Part shown: piece after piece, positions 1 through 11,295 of the stretch
How the letters are laid out: each line of letters starts with the position of its first letter
Numbering within the stretch: the first letter of the stretch is position 1
Made by a program: the position numbers and the translations under genes
Notes under the pieces: model-generated
What the model was told of the DNA's origin: nothing
What the model saw: only the letters and a program-made list of their open reading frames with translations
Database searches by the model: none
Origin: Octopus sinensis
Lineage: Eukaryota
NCBI RefSeq assembly: GCF_006345805.1
Contig: NC_043008.1
Span: forward strand, 21,328,001 to 21,392,000
Length of the DNA: 64,000 nt
Direction of reading: 5' to 3'

Positions 1-392
1 TAAACATAGAGAGGACAAACAAGGACAGACAAAGGGATTAAGTTGATTACATCAACCCCAGTGCGAAACTGGTACTTTATTTATCGACCCCGAAAGGATG
101 AAAAGCTAAGTCGACCTCGGCGGAATTTGAACTCAGAACGTAACGACAGACGAAACACCTATTTCTTTATTACCCACAAAGGGCTAAACATAGAGGGGAC
201 AAACAAGGACAGACAAATGGATTAAGTCGATTACATCGACCTCAGTGCGAAACTGGTACTTTATTTATCGACCCCGAAAGGATGAAAGGCTAAGTCGACC
301 TCGGCGTAATTTGATCTCAGAACGTAACGGCAGACAAAATACTGCTAAGTATTTCGCCCGGCGTGCTAACGTTTCTGCCAGCTCGCCGCCTT
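1..392 (-). mobile_element. tRNA-derived SINE group A, tandem multimer (truncated by window edge)
   Basis: Reverse complement reads AAGGCGGCGAGCTGGCAGAAACGTTAGCACGCCGGGCG (A-box-like) ... GAGTTCAAATTCCGCCGAGG (B-box-like) ... CCTTTCGGGGTCGATAAATAAAGTACCAG; body repeats about every 180 bp; many copies elsewhere in window. Confidence 0.9.
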
Positions 393-393
393 T

Positions 394-427
<34 letters not shown>

Positions 428-440
428 TAATAATCCTTTC

Positions 441-646
441 TACTAGAGGCACAAGGCCTCAGATTGTGGGGAAAGGACAAGTCGATTACATTGGTCCCAG
501 CGTTTCATTGGTACTTTATTTATCGACCCCGAAAGAATGAAAGGCAAAGTCGACCTCGGCGGAATTTGAACTCAGAACGTAACGACAGACGAAATACGGC
601 TACGCATTTCGCCCAGCGTGCTAACGTTTCTGCCAGCTCACACGCC
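441..646 (-). mobile_element. SINE group A monomer with alternative tail (tail-2) ending in (ATT)n
   Basis: Same head/body as 1-392, then CCTTGTGCCTCTAGTAGAAAGG running into the (TAA)n tract at ~397-433. Confidence 0.85.
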
Positions 647-690
647 TTTACAGATTTTATATATCAAGTAAAAGAGGTAGCCAGGGTTTT

Positions 691-922
691 GGATAATTAT
701 TTATTTAGCGCTTTGTTCTCGTTTCAGAGATTCATCGAAAGCGCTAAATAAGTAATAATAAATCTCTGAACGAAGTATACCGTTAGGGCACAGAAAGTGT
801 GCCTATAGCCAGCTGGAGACGATGGTCTCCTGGGGCTACAAGCTACAGTAACACCCACTCTTAGTGGTTAGCCATATTGAGATGGCAAATATACCTCACA
901 ATTGCTAAATAAGTAATCATCC
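691..922. mobile_element. Small TIR-bounded, hairpin-rich element (MITE/HINE-like, unclassified)
   Basis: GGATAATTATTTATTTAGC (691-709) is inverted to GCTAAATAAGTAATCATCC (904-922) with 2 mismatches; extra internal inverted copy at 738-756. Confidence 0.55.
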
Positions 923-1749
923 ATAATTTTTACTATCTCCTTTTCTCTCTCTCTCTCTCCCTGTGTGTGTGTGTATACGCACACAGAGGTTAGGATTCGA
1001 ACTCACAGTCTTCAAATTAAACATATTCTAGCAACATTCTTAACTAACACATCTGGCGCAGAGATGTAACATAAGCTGAATTCGATTCCTCTGTGTGTAG
1101 GTGTGTATGTGTGTGTGTATGTGTGTGTGCGGCTATCTATATATGTGTGTGCGCATGCGAGAGTCTACGTATGAACCATTTCTCTGTAAGTAATTTAAGA
1201 GTACTGCGATAAGCAGAGTCAATAATCTTCTCATAGTTATCTCATATTGTGAGCTTAATTCTCATGTCGGCTTCAGAACGTGTTTTTCCTTTCTTTCATT
1301 CTTCCTTCCTTCCTTTCTTTTTTTTTTACGAGAAAGCTTTGATGTTATAAAACAGTAAAATAATCTTCTGTGTCTAACATTACAAACCCCAATCAATGTT
1401 GAGTTTCTTTTCTTCATCTCGTCTTGCTTTGTCTGGTCAGGTAGAATATTGGTTACAAGCAATTTTCTTCCATTCGATTGGTCATAAGGTTTTTTTCCTT
1501 TTTGATTTCGTATTTTATTTCCACTTTATGAGGCTATAAGTATATGTGGCACAGCGTGTTCGATTGAGTAAATAGGCAATAAACACTACAATGAACCGAA
1601 AGATCACTGGTTCGTATCACCACATTATTTCTGCGTTGTATCTCAAAGGAAACAAAAATAATAAAAATGGGGTACAACACTTGGGCGAAAAATACAACTT
1701 GTGTTTCGTTTGATGCAATGATTTATTTAACTCCACTCTACTTGTGGAC

Positions 1750-2052
1750 TTTGTGGAGGCACGTGGCCTAGTGGTTAGAGAAGCGGACTCGCGATCGAGG
1801 GATCGCGGGTTCGAATCTCAGACCGGGCGATGCGTGTGTTTATGAGCGAAACACCTTAGCTCCACGTGGCTGCGGCAGAGGGTAACGGCAAACTTCTGCT
1901 GACTCTTTCGCCACAACATTCTCTCACTCTTCCCTCCTGCATCTTGCAGCTCACCTGCGACGGATCGGCGTCCCGTCCAGGTAGGGAACCTATACGCCAA
2001 GGAAACCGGGAAACCGGCCCTTATGAGCCTGGCATGGTTCGAGAAGGAACAA
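1750..2052 (+). mobile_element. tRNA-derived SINE, C-type head/middle + X tail, with 10-bp TSD
   Basis: GGAGGCACGTGGCCTAGTGGTTAG...GGTTCGAATCTC boxes; ACTTGTGGAC at 1740-1749 and 2053-2062. Confidence 0.85.
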
Positions 2053-2427
2053 ACTTGTGGACATAGGTCTCAAGCAATTGGTTTTACCAAGTTGACTCTC
2101 TTTCTATAAAATCAAATGTCGATCTTTTGTAAAATACTTGTCAGTCGACCTAGCAGAAGGGGGTCTTACATTAGCGTGGAGTGCCGACATGTTGTAAAGC
2201 TACCAAGAGGAAGGTCACTAAATGGTGCGTATTCTCTCCTGGTGACCCTTGACTCCTGCTGATGTCTGTTGTGTAGAACTTTCGATTGACAGCACTTGAT
2301 AACGCGAGCTGATTACAAGTTTCCTCGAAAGTGGAACGAAATTTTCACTGCGAAACTTCGACGTTTCAGAATGACTTATCCAAGGGCTAATTCCAACTTT
2401 TTTAAAGATATCTCAGAATTTATGACT

Positions 2428-2600
2428 AAGAACTTGCTTCGTAACCATATGGTTTTGGGTTCAGCCCCTCTGCACAGCACCTCACTCTGGGCAAGTGTCT
2501 TCGACTACAGCCGGACTGACCAATATTTTGTCAGTCAATTTGGAAGGCAGAAACTGCACAGAAGCCCATTGTGTGCGTGTGTGTATGTGTGTGTGTGTGT
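2428..2600 (+). mobile_element. Degenerate 5' half of SINE group B
   Basis: AAGAACTTGCTTCGTAACCATATGGTTTTGGGTTCAGCCCC...GGGCAAGTGTCTTC...CAGAAACTG matches the B consensus. Confidence 0.7.
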
Positions 2601-2870
2601 GTATCGTTTGTAGAAAATATAAATCCGAAAAAAGAAGCACACTCTAAGATGTAGAGCAGTGTATATTAAAAATGGGGAAGGCCGGTCTTTGGGATTACCC
2701 TAGGTTTCCCATCCATTAAAGGGTTTAGTTTTATGGCATATCATCAGAACCCGGTTTCAAAGCCACGAAAATATTTTGACAAATTAAATTTAAATGTTGA
2801 AGTGGATCTAACGGTTTTTGTGTCTTTCTTAAATGGCTTATAAACACCTTCCACGCTGCAATTGTTTTCG

Positions 2871-2871
<1 letters not shown>

Positions 2872-2933
<62 letters not shown>

Positions 2934-2941
2934 ATATTATA

Positions 2942-2980
<39 letters not shown>
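2872..2980. repeat. (TA)n microsatellite
   Basis: Direct inspection. Confidence 0.95.
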
Positions 2981-2983
<3 letters not shown>

Positions 2984-3149
2984 ATGGTGGGGTTGTGTTG
3001 ACCGCACGTGGAGAATTGATAGGCACGGAAAAATTATAAAAAGGCAGAATACTAAATTAAAGGTAAATTTTAATGAAAATGGGTGTATGGGAAATTTTTT
3101 TGCATTCTGCCTTTTTATAATTTTCCTTGCCTATATATAAATATATATT

Positions 3150-3365
3150 TCTTTACTGCCCACAAGGGGACAAACAAGGACAGACATAGAGGGGACAAAC
3201 AAGGACAGACAAAGGGATTAAGTTGATTACATCGACCCCAGTGCGTAACTGGTACTTTATTTATCGACCCCGAAAGGATGAAAGGCAAAGTCGACCTCGG
3301 CGGAATTTGAACTCGGAACGTAACGACAGACGAAATACGGCGTGCTAACGATTCTGCCAGCTCTG
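3150..3365 (-). mobile_element. SINE group A (tail-1) with short internal deletion
   Basis: Matches the group A body and AGCCCCTTGTGGGCAGTAAAGAAATA tail. Confidence 0.85.
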
Positions 3366-4189
3366 CCTATATATAAATATATATATATAAATATTTGTGA
3401 GTGTGAGTGTTCTCCCGTCCACCACTTGACAACCAGTGTTGGTTTGTTTATATCCCTATAACGTAGGATTTGTAGAACCGCATATGATTTCAGTGCCGGA
3501 TTTTACCTAATAGTAAGAGCATCGTACATCTCGAAACCGGCACTCCACGATTAATATTTTATCACTGCAGTACTGTACTGCTTTCGATCTTTATCAAACC
3601 ACTGTATTTGATTTTAAATCCAATACTTAAAATAACTTCCGAGATCCAAAGTATTTCAAATTGAACAAACTCTAATAATCACATTGAATGGTGACTGGGA
3701 ATGAGCAGATTTACTTCCCCTTTTCTCGTAAACTAATTACGCGGTATGTCATTCTGTTTCTCCATTTCGCTGCATTAAATTCGTCATACAAGAATTGAGC
3801 TTAATTATTATTTTCCCCCGTAAATAAGATTGGTTGAATGAATCAGATTATTATTAATACATTAAAGACTCTGTAATGATAATTATTCCGATTAAATCAT
3901 ATCGGTAAAAGAAACACTTTATTGCGTACAGTTTCCACTTTAATGTTATGCTGTGTAGCAAAAGTAGAACACAACCTCAGATTTATATAAACACAAATTT
4001 CGAGAGAGAGGGGGGAAGAGAGAGAGAGAGGGAAAGAGAGAGGAGGAGGGAAGAAAGAGAGAAGGAATTGGGGAAGAGAGTATTTAAGTTTAGGGTGAGA
4101 GGATGTGTGTGTGTGTGTGAAAGAAGTGAGACAGAAAGAGAAAGAGAGAGTATTTAAGCTGTGTACATTAGTTCTTTTATTCTTTTATT

Positions 4190-4421
4190 GTTTTACTTGT
4201 TTCAGTCATTTGACTGCGGCCATCCTGGAGCACCGCCTTTAGTCGAGCAAATCGACCCCGGGTCTTATTCTTTGTAAGCCTAGTATTTATTCTCTTTTTG
4301 TCGAATCGCTAAGTTAGGGGGACGTAATACACCAGCATTGGTTGTCAAGCGATGGTGGGGATGGGTGGGGACACACACACAAACACACCACACAAATACA
4401 CACACACACACACACACACAC

Positions 4422-4455
<34 letters not shown>

Positions 4456-4600
4456 CACGACGGACTTCTTTCAGTTTCCGTCTACCAAATCCACTAACAA
4501 AGCTTTGGTCGGCCCTTGGCTATAGTAGAAGACACTTGCCCAAGGTACCACGCAGTGGGACTGAACTCGGAACCATGTGGTTGGTAAGCAAGCTACTTTA
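4190..4600 (-). mobile_element. SINE group B with internal (CA)/(TA) microsatellite
   Basis: TTTTACTTGTTTCAGTCATTTGACTGCGGCCA...GGAGCACCGCC tail to ...GGAACCATGTGGTTGGTAAGCAAGCTACTT head. Confidence 0.9.
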
Positions 4601-4744
4601 TTTCTTACATTGCCATAAAGGTAGAACACAGATAACGTAACTTTGCGGGCTGGACACAGACATTAATGAGGTGAATGATAATGATACACTAATGAAAAAG
4701 ATGGGAGAAGCCAGAAATCTCCCGCCGACCCTCTGCTTCTCTCT

Positions 4745-4976
4745 TTACTCTTTTTCACTCTTTTACTCTTTTACTTGTTTCAGTCATTTGACTGCGGCCA
4801 ACCTGGAGCACCGCCTTTAATCGAGCAACTCGACCCCGGGACTTATTCTTTTGTAAGCCCAGTACTTATTCCATTGGTCTCTTTTGCCGAACCGCTAAGT
4901 AACGGGGACATAAACACACCAGCATCGGTTGTCAAGCAATGCTAGGGGGACAAACACAGACACACAAACACACACA

Positions 4977-5017
<41 letters not shown>

Positions 5018-5180
5018 GACGGGCTTCTTTCAGTTTCCGTCTACCAAATCCACTCACAAGGTTTTGGTCGGCCCGTGGCTATAGTAGAAGACACTTGCCC
5101 AAGGTGCCACGCAGTGGGAATGAACCCGGAACCATGTGGCTGGTAAACAAGCTACTTACCACACAGCCACTCCTGCACCT
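4745..5180 (-). mobile_element. Full-length SINE group B
   Basis: Reverse complement starts AGGTGCAGGAGTGGCTGTGTGGTAAGTAGCTTG...GGTTCATTCCC and ends in (AAAAGAGT)n-like tail. Confidence 0.9.
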
Positions 5181-5412
5181 ATAACATTGTTCTTTACAAA
5201 CACATAAACTGAGGTCTTAACCCTCTTACAATTTCTAAAATACAATATATTTGGACTTATAAAAGTCCATACAAATATAATATACAATTTATATACAAAT
5301 TTGCGGCAACTAACCTCTACAACCCTTCCCGAGCAGTTCTCTTGCGATCTGTAGGCTTTCCTGCAACCGCAATCCGGGGTCCCAAAAACGCATTCTATAT
5401 TTCTAATTTTTA

Positions 5413-5616
5413 CATGAGTAATCCCTCTACTATCGCGGATGTTACGTTCCACCCCCCCACCCCGCCGCGATAGGTGAAAATCCGCGAAGTAGAAACACTA
5501 CAGTAATTTGTATATATTCATTTTATCATAAATGCAAAACAACACCACAGAGGAATCGACGTAAGCTTAAATAATAAACCGCGATATGTGAACCGTGATA
5601 TGGCAAGTGATTACTG
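5413..5616. mobile_element. pogo/Tigger-like MITE
   Basis: Termini GTAATCCCTCTACTATCGCGG and CCGTGATATGGCAAGTGATTACTG followed by TA. Confidence 0.7.
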
Positions 5617-5725
5617 TATATACTTTATTAAAATCGCTGTTCATAACAAAAATAATCAACTCACTCTTCAGAATAAATTTATTCTGTTAGGCACAGCCAG
5701 AACCCTGTTATTCTAAATACGTGGA

Positions 5726-6048
5726 GTGAGGGCGCGTGGCTTAGTGGTTAGGGCATTCGGCTCATGATCGTAAGGTTGTGAGTTCGATTCCCGGCGACGC
5801 GTTGTGTCCTTGAGCAAGACACTTTATTTCACGTTGCTCCAGTCCACTCAGCTGGCAAAAATGAGTTGTACTTGTATTTCAAAGGGTCAGCCTTGTCACT
5901 CTCTGTGTCACGCTGATTATCCCCGAGAACTACGTTAAGGGTACACGTGCCTGTGGAATGCTCAGCCATTTGCACGTTAATTTCACGAGCAAGCTGTTCC
6001 GCTGATCGTATCAGCTGGGACCCTCGTCGTCGTAACTGGCGGAGTCTT
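5726..6048 (+). mobile_element. tRNA-derived SINE, D-type head + Y tail, with 12-bp TSD
   Basis: GGGCGCGTGGCTTAGTGGTTAG...GAGTTCGATTCCC; TGTGTCCTTGAGCAAGACACTT core; TAAATACGTGGA at 5714-5725 and 6049-6060. Confidence 0.9.
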
Positions 6049-6198
6049 TAAATACGTGGAATTTACACATCAGTGATTATGAGCCTAAAACTGTTTTCTC
6101 ATTCCAATTTTAGTAGTATATTTAGTAGTATAATATTTGTGGATTTAAATTTTGTTCTCGTTTGTCAAACAAGAAAAATACTATTGCATTATAAAACA

Positions 6199-6640
6199 CG
6201 CGTTCAAATTCCGCCGAGGTCGACTTTGCCTTTCATCTTTTCGGGGTCAATAAATTAAGTAGTTGCGTACTGGGGTCGATCTAATCGGCTGGCCCTCTCC
6301 TCCAAAATTTCGGACCTTGTGCCTAAAGTAGAAAAGATTTATTTCGTCTGCCGCTAGGTTCTGAGTCCAAATTCCGCCGAGGTCGACTTTACCTTTCATC
6401 TTTTCGGGGTCGATAAATTAAGTACCAGTTGCGTACTGGGGTCGATCTAATCGACTGGCCCTCTCCTCCAAAATTTCGGACCTTGTGCCTAAAGTAGAAA
6501 AGATTTATTTCGTCTGCCGCTAGGTTCTGAGTTCAAATTCCGCCGAGGTCGACTTTGCCTTTCATCCTTTCGGGTTCGATTAAATAAGTACCAGTTACGC
6601 ACTGGGTCGATATAATCGACTTAATCCGCTTGTCTGTCCT
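6199..6640 (+). mobile_element. SINE group A trimer (headless; tail-2, tail-2, tail-1)
   Basis: Three CAAATTCCGCCGAGGTCGAC units at ~6205, ~6367 and ~6533. Confidence 0.9.
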
Positions 6641-7019
6641 TGTTTGTCCTCTCCGTGTGTAGCCCCTTGTGGGTAGGAAAGAAATAATAAAAGATTAGAA
6701 AACACGCAGATAATAGAAAGCATTAAAGTCCTAAGTAAACTTACGAATGAGAAATAAGAACAACGTATTCTCTGAATTTCATGATAACAATTTTGATTGA
6801 TTTCACTGTTTCTTCCGTTATTCTTTCTTTCTAATTACTCCATTTACACTGGCATTTTATGCACTGAATACAAGAGAACTTATTGATTGAATTCAATACG
6901 TTCACCACGATATTGTACGAGACTCAATAATAAAATTTAAAAATTAGTTATTCGAAAATTTATACAATCAGATACAAGATATAAGATAATCGTATTCATG
7001 ACCCTCATTAAAGCGGTGA

Positions 7020-7480
7020 TCAGGCATTTTCCTTAATACCCGTATAAAATGCTTACCGACATTTCCTCCGGTTTTACGTTCGGAGTTCATATTCCGCCGA
7101 GAAAAATTTCTCCTTATATCTCTTTGAGGTTGATAAAACAATCAAGTACCAAACAAGTGCTGGGGAACGGGTGGGAGCGATGTGATCAACTAGCCCCCTA
7201 CCCTTAAAACAAAATGCTGGCCTTGAGCCAAGTTCTGTAACAATTTACCCTAAATTAAATAAATATTGATTTCAAATTTTGGCACATGGTCAGCAATTTC
7301 AGTGGAGGCGGGTACGTAGATTACATTGCCCCTAGTCCTCAATTGGTTTATATTTTATCGACTCCTAAAGTATGGGATGCAAAGTCAACCTCGGCGGAAT
7401 TTGAATTCAGAACATGAAGATGGAATGAAATTCCGCTAAGCATTTTTGGCTGGAGTGCTAACCATTCAGCCACCTCACCA
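7020..7480. mobile_element. Two degenerate SINE group A copies in opposite orientation
   Basis: Plus copy ~7020-7250 and minus copy ~7262-7480 match the A body. Confidence 0.7.
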
Positions 7481-7499
7481 CCTTCACTTCAATAAATAT

Positions 7500-7813
7500 T
7501 TTTTTTTTTATGAGCCCTTTTCAAGCCTAGCCAGGCTCATGGCCCCAGTTTTCCGGTTTCTGAGCTGTATGTGTTCCCCACAGCTGGACGGGACGCCAGT
7601 CCATCGCAGCCTTACTCAAGAAACAGGAAGAAAGAGTGAGAGAAAGTTGGGGCGAGTACAACAGGGGTCGCCACCCCCACCCCCTGCAGGAGCCTCATGG
7701 AGCTTTTAGGTGTTTCCGATCAATAAACACACACACAACGCCCAGTCTGGGAATCGAAACCGCAATCCCCGACCGCGAGTCCGCTGCCCTAACCACTGGG
7801 CTACTGCGCCTCC
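7500..7813 (-). mobile_element. SINE, C-type head/middle + X tail with poly(A)
   Basis: Reverse complement GGAGGCGCAGTAGCCCAGTGGTTAGGGCAGCGGACTC...GCTGCGATGGACTGGCGTCCCGTCCAG...GAAAAGGGCTCATAAAAAAAAA. Confidence 0.85.
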
Positions 7814-8854
7814 ACAAATATTTATATTGTACTTTTATTTTCTTTTTATCACTAATATCATTAAAATGTGTATCCCTCATTTTGTACTATTTTGATTTGC
7901 TTGGGGACTAATGGAACCAATCTACCGTGCAAATCGAGGGATGAATGCACAAAACCCCGCCGAAAACAACTTCGGCTTTCATCCTTTTGGGGGCGCTAAA
8001 ATAAAGTATCAGCCAATTACTGGGGTCGATGCAATCGATAACCCCTTCCTCTTAAAATTTCTGGCCTTGTGCCAAAATTTGATGGAATTGTAACAGGAAC
8101 AAATATTTTCTGATTCTGACAAACTTCAGAAGATTTAGAAAAGTAGTAACGGAAATCGCGATGTGAAATAGATGTAAGTGGGAATCGAAACTGTTCCTCA
8201 AAATTCTAATCGAAAGGAAATTAGCTTTATCACAAGAATTTTGATTTGTACCTTTGTCACAGAATCGTATTTCTTTAATAAACATTGGCATAAATCCTAA
8301 ATTACTACGCGTTACATATCAATTAATGCACGTCAGAATTAAAAAGCTGAAGTCGAACCAGGGAAGTTACGAAAAACAAAAATCAACAGCAACGAAACGA
8401 AAACAGCAAAAACAACTACAAAATACACACAAACGAACAAACAAACAAACAAACAAGCATGACGTTCTTCTCATATTTGTCGCCATCTTCTTTCATTTCG
8501 TTCAGTAAAGACCAAGACCAGATCATCTGCGTTCGGAGGTCACGTGAGAATAATGGCTGACATTTGAGTAAAAAATCCTAAGTGACAATCTTCGGTATTT
8601 TATGGCGTAATAAATAAAATAGCGAGTTAATACAATGCTGGTCAATGGTAACTAGAATTTAATGTTGATGGGAATTTTCGTTCTTCATTTCTTGTGTTTT
8701 TGGCTTTGGTTCTGTTGGGACTTAACGGTGTAATCCATTCATTAATATGCCGGATTTGCGAACAGAAGAACGTCCATTTTGGTTGTTTGTTACTAATGAG
8801 TGGTGATTGATGGTGGAGTTGCTACGTGAGTGGGAAAAGATGGACAAGCAGCTG

Positions 8855-9060
8855 AATACGAGAGAGAGAGGGGGGATAGAGAGGCGGAGATAGAGGGAGA
8901 GAAAGAGAGAGCGAGAGAGAGAAGGAGAGATAGAGAGAGAGAGAAGGAGAGAGAGAAGGAGAGAGAGAAGGAGAGAGAGAAAGAACGAAAGAGAGAAAGA
9001 GAGAGAGAGAAAGAACGAAAGAAAGAGAATATATATATATATATAGAGAGAGAGAGAGCG
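8855..9060. repeat. (AG)n-rich compound microsatellite
   Basis: Direct inspection. Confidence 0.9.
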
Positions 9061-9439
9061 AAAGAATGAAGACTGGTAGAGTTGTAGATGTTGATTCGAT
9101 CAGGTCTGTTGGCCTTAATTCTCTGAAATGAGGCATGTAATGCGTTAGAAACCTGTCCGGTCCCATTAATGAAACAATTTGATCGTGCTTCTCCAATCCT
9201 CCACACATACGATCAGATACACACGCGCACACATACACAGGCAACCAAATAATCATACACACACAAGCATATATATATATATATATACATATACACATAT
9301 ACACTTACACACATGCACACATATCTGTTTTTACCAAAACATGTACATATAAAAAAAAACATATGCATACACACACATTATATGAAATGACCAGATATTA
9401 CATTAATCTCTGACTGTCCTTCCGCATCACCTCTCCCTC

Positions 9440-9750
9440 ACCCTCTCTCTCTCTCAATATTTCACTCTTCTTCTTCTTCTTCTTCTTCTTCTTCTTCTTC
9501 TTCTTCTTCTTCTTCTTCTCCTTCTTCTTCTCCTTCCTCTTCTCTCTCTCTCTCTCTCTCAATATTTCACTCTTCTCTTCTTCTTCTTCTTCTCCTTCTC
9601 CTTCTTCTTCTCCTTCCTCTTCTCTCTCTCTCTCTCAATATTTCACTCTTCTTCTTCTTCTTCTTCTTCTTCTTCTCCTTCTTCTTCTCCTTCCTCTTCT
9701 CTCTCTCTCTCTCTCTTAATATTTCACTCTCCTTCTCTCTCTCTCTCTCA
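9440..9750. repeat. Tandemly re-amplified (CT)n/(CTT)n compound repeat, ~4 units
   Basis: CTCAATATTTCACTCT spacer recurs at about 9452, 9558, 9635 and 9716 (variant). Confidence 0.85.
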
Positions 9751-10534
9751 CCACTTTCATTTTCACATTAACCAACACTGAAAACGATTCAGTTCCAACA
9801 TGGAGGTATAATCTTATCCCCCTCAACCACCGACCACTTGCACCGAAAGCTCCTAAGAAGAGATGTGGGCACGAAAGGCACTACATTGTACCCGGGTTTG
9901 GGTATTTTCTGGGATCTATGAAATGTATATTTGTTTTAACCATCACGGTCAAGGCCATCCTGAAGCACCCCCATAAATAGCATTTCATTTTCTCTCTATA
10001 ACACAAGTTTGCAGAATTTGGAAATGGAAAGGCTCCAGCTGAATAGACAAGCTTTCCGGGACCTCTTTCCGAGCTGAATCCAAATATGTCATTCTTGTTA
10101 AGAAACCAAGTCAAGATCTTGGTATATACACGTGTGTGGACGCCCCCAGACGATGAAATAGGCTAGCCCAATACGTAGATATAGAGGGAGAAGCCTAGAC
10201 ATCGACAGAGAGTAGCGGTGAGAGAAGAGAAGAGAAAAGTTGAGAAGGCATCCGAACGTGCGACATAACAACACACTACCCTGATTTTTCACAAGAAATG
10301 TAATTTTCATTGGTGTTTATCCTGATCTAGCTTTGGAGAAGTTGGCCAAAGTGTGAAAAATGCTTCATTATCAACTTTTTCCCTTGAGTTAAGTATAGTA
10401 AAATTATGAACGTACATAAAATAATGAAGGTGGCTTGATACAATATACAGCCAAACTGGAAGAATTCAACTATAATTAATTGGAACTGATGCTGTATTGT
10501 AGTACATACATTACTAGAAATAAGAATTAAAGAC

Positions 10535-10782
10535 CCTAATAGCCTGAGAGACCTGCATGGGGTGGATGTAGGTGTCTTCAAAATAAAGCTGGACCTCTTC
10601 CTGTCAGGTGTCCCAGATGAACCAACTTCGCGGCAGGAGGTGCAGATGAGGGCAGCCGCATCGAACTTTCTCATGCACCAAATATCAATAGCTAAAAAGC
10701 ATTCGTGAAGTAAAATTATGTAGCAACACCAAATGGCGGTGCCCCAGCTTGGCCACAGCTTGTGAGCCGAAACTAGATGAAA
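10535..10782 (+). mobile_element. 3' end of a CR1/L2-group LINE (ORF2 C-terminus + 3' UTR)
   Basis: 10535-10708 translates PNSLRDLHGVDVGVFKIKLDLFLSGVPDEPTSRQEVQMRAAASNFLMHQISIAKKHS*; FKxKLDxFLSxVPDEP is a typical CR1/L2-group ORF2 C-terminal motif as I recall it. Confidence 0.75.
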
Positions 10783-11295
10783 TTTTTAAAAATAGCTACA
10801 AACCATAGCACAAGTCAATGTACTGACAGGGGAGTTAACCGCCCCATAGTGAGTGAAGGTACTAAATTGGCAAGCCAATTTTGCTTGAAATCAAAGCGTA
10901 TCAGTAGTACTACTCCATTGCTTAATTTTGTGCATAGGTAGTTTAATTGAAGTAAGATTTCGAACAGAAACGGGGGTATTTTTTGCCCATGATAAAGAAA
11001 ATACAAAAGGTGACCTAGGATCGGTTTATTCTATTGATTAATCGTCTTAACTCCTACTCTGAACTTTCTGACCTTGCACCAAAATTTGAAACCAATTATA
11101 GGAAACTTTAGATCATATTATTCGAGGTGTGCTTTTTTTCTGAAGACGTGAGGATGATTTAGAGGAAATTTGGTTACTATTTTTAGCAAGTGCGACACGC
11201 TACGTAAAGGTCGTTTGGTGGATGATGGAGGCGTTGAAGAATTCCGCCTTAGGAGTCGAAATATGGAACAGCCTACTGTTATCTTTTATAGGTCC

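Noticed and set aside
43-751. Recurrent ORFs with RNWYFIYRPRKDERQSRPRRNLNSERN (also at 25784, 26061, 49718 and 50171)
   Set aside because: Antisense translation of SINE group A, not a protein family
1755-1825. tRNA-like sequences at SINE heads (also 5730, 7813 and 51657)
   Set aside because: They have A/B boxes but continue into SINE bodies with TSDs; no complete cloverleaf, so not called tRNA genes
9780-10130. Unique segment with short open frames (e.g. HRPLAPKAPKKRCGHERHYIVPGFG)
   Set aside because: No consistent splice sites or recognisable motif on either strand
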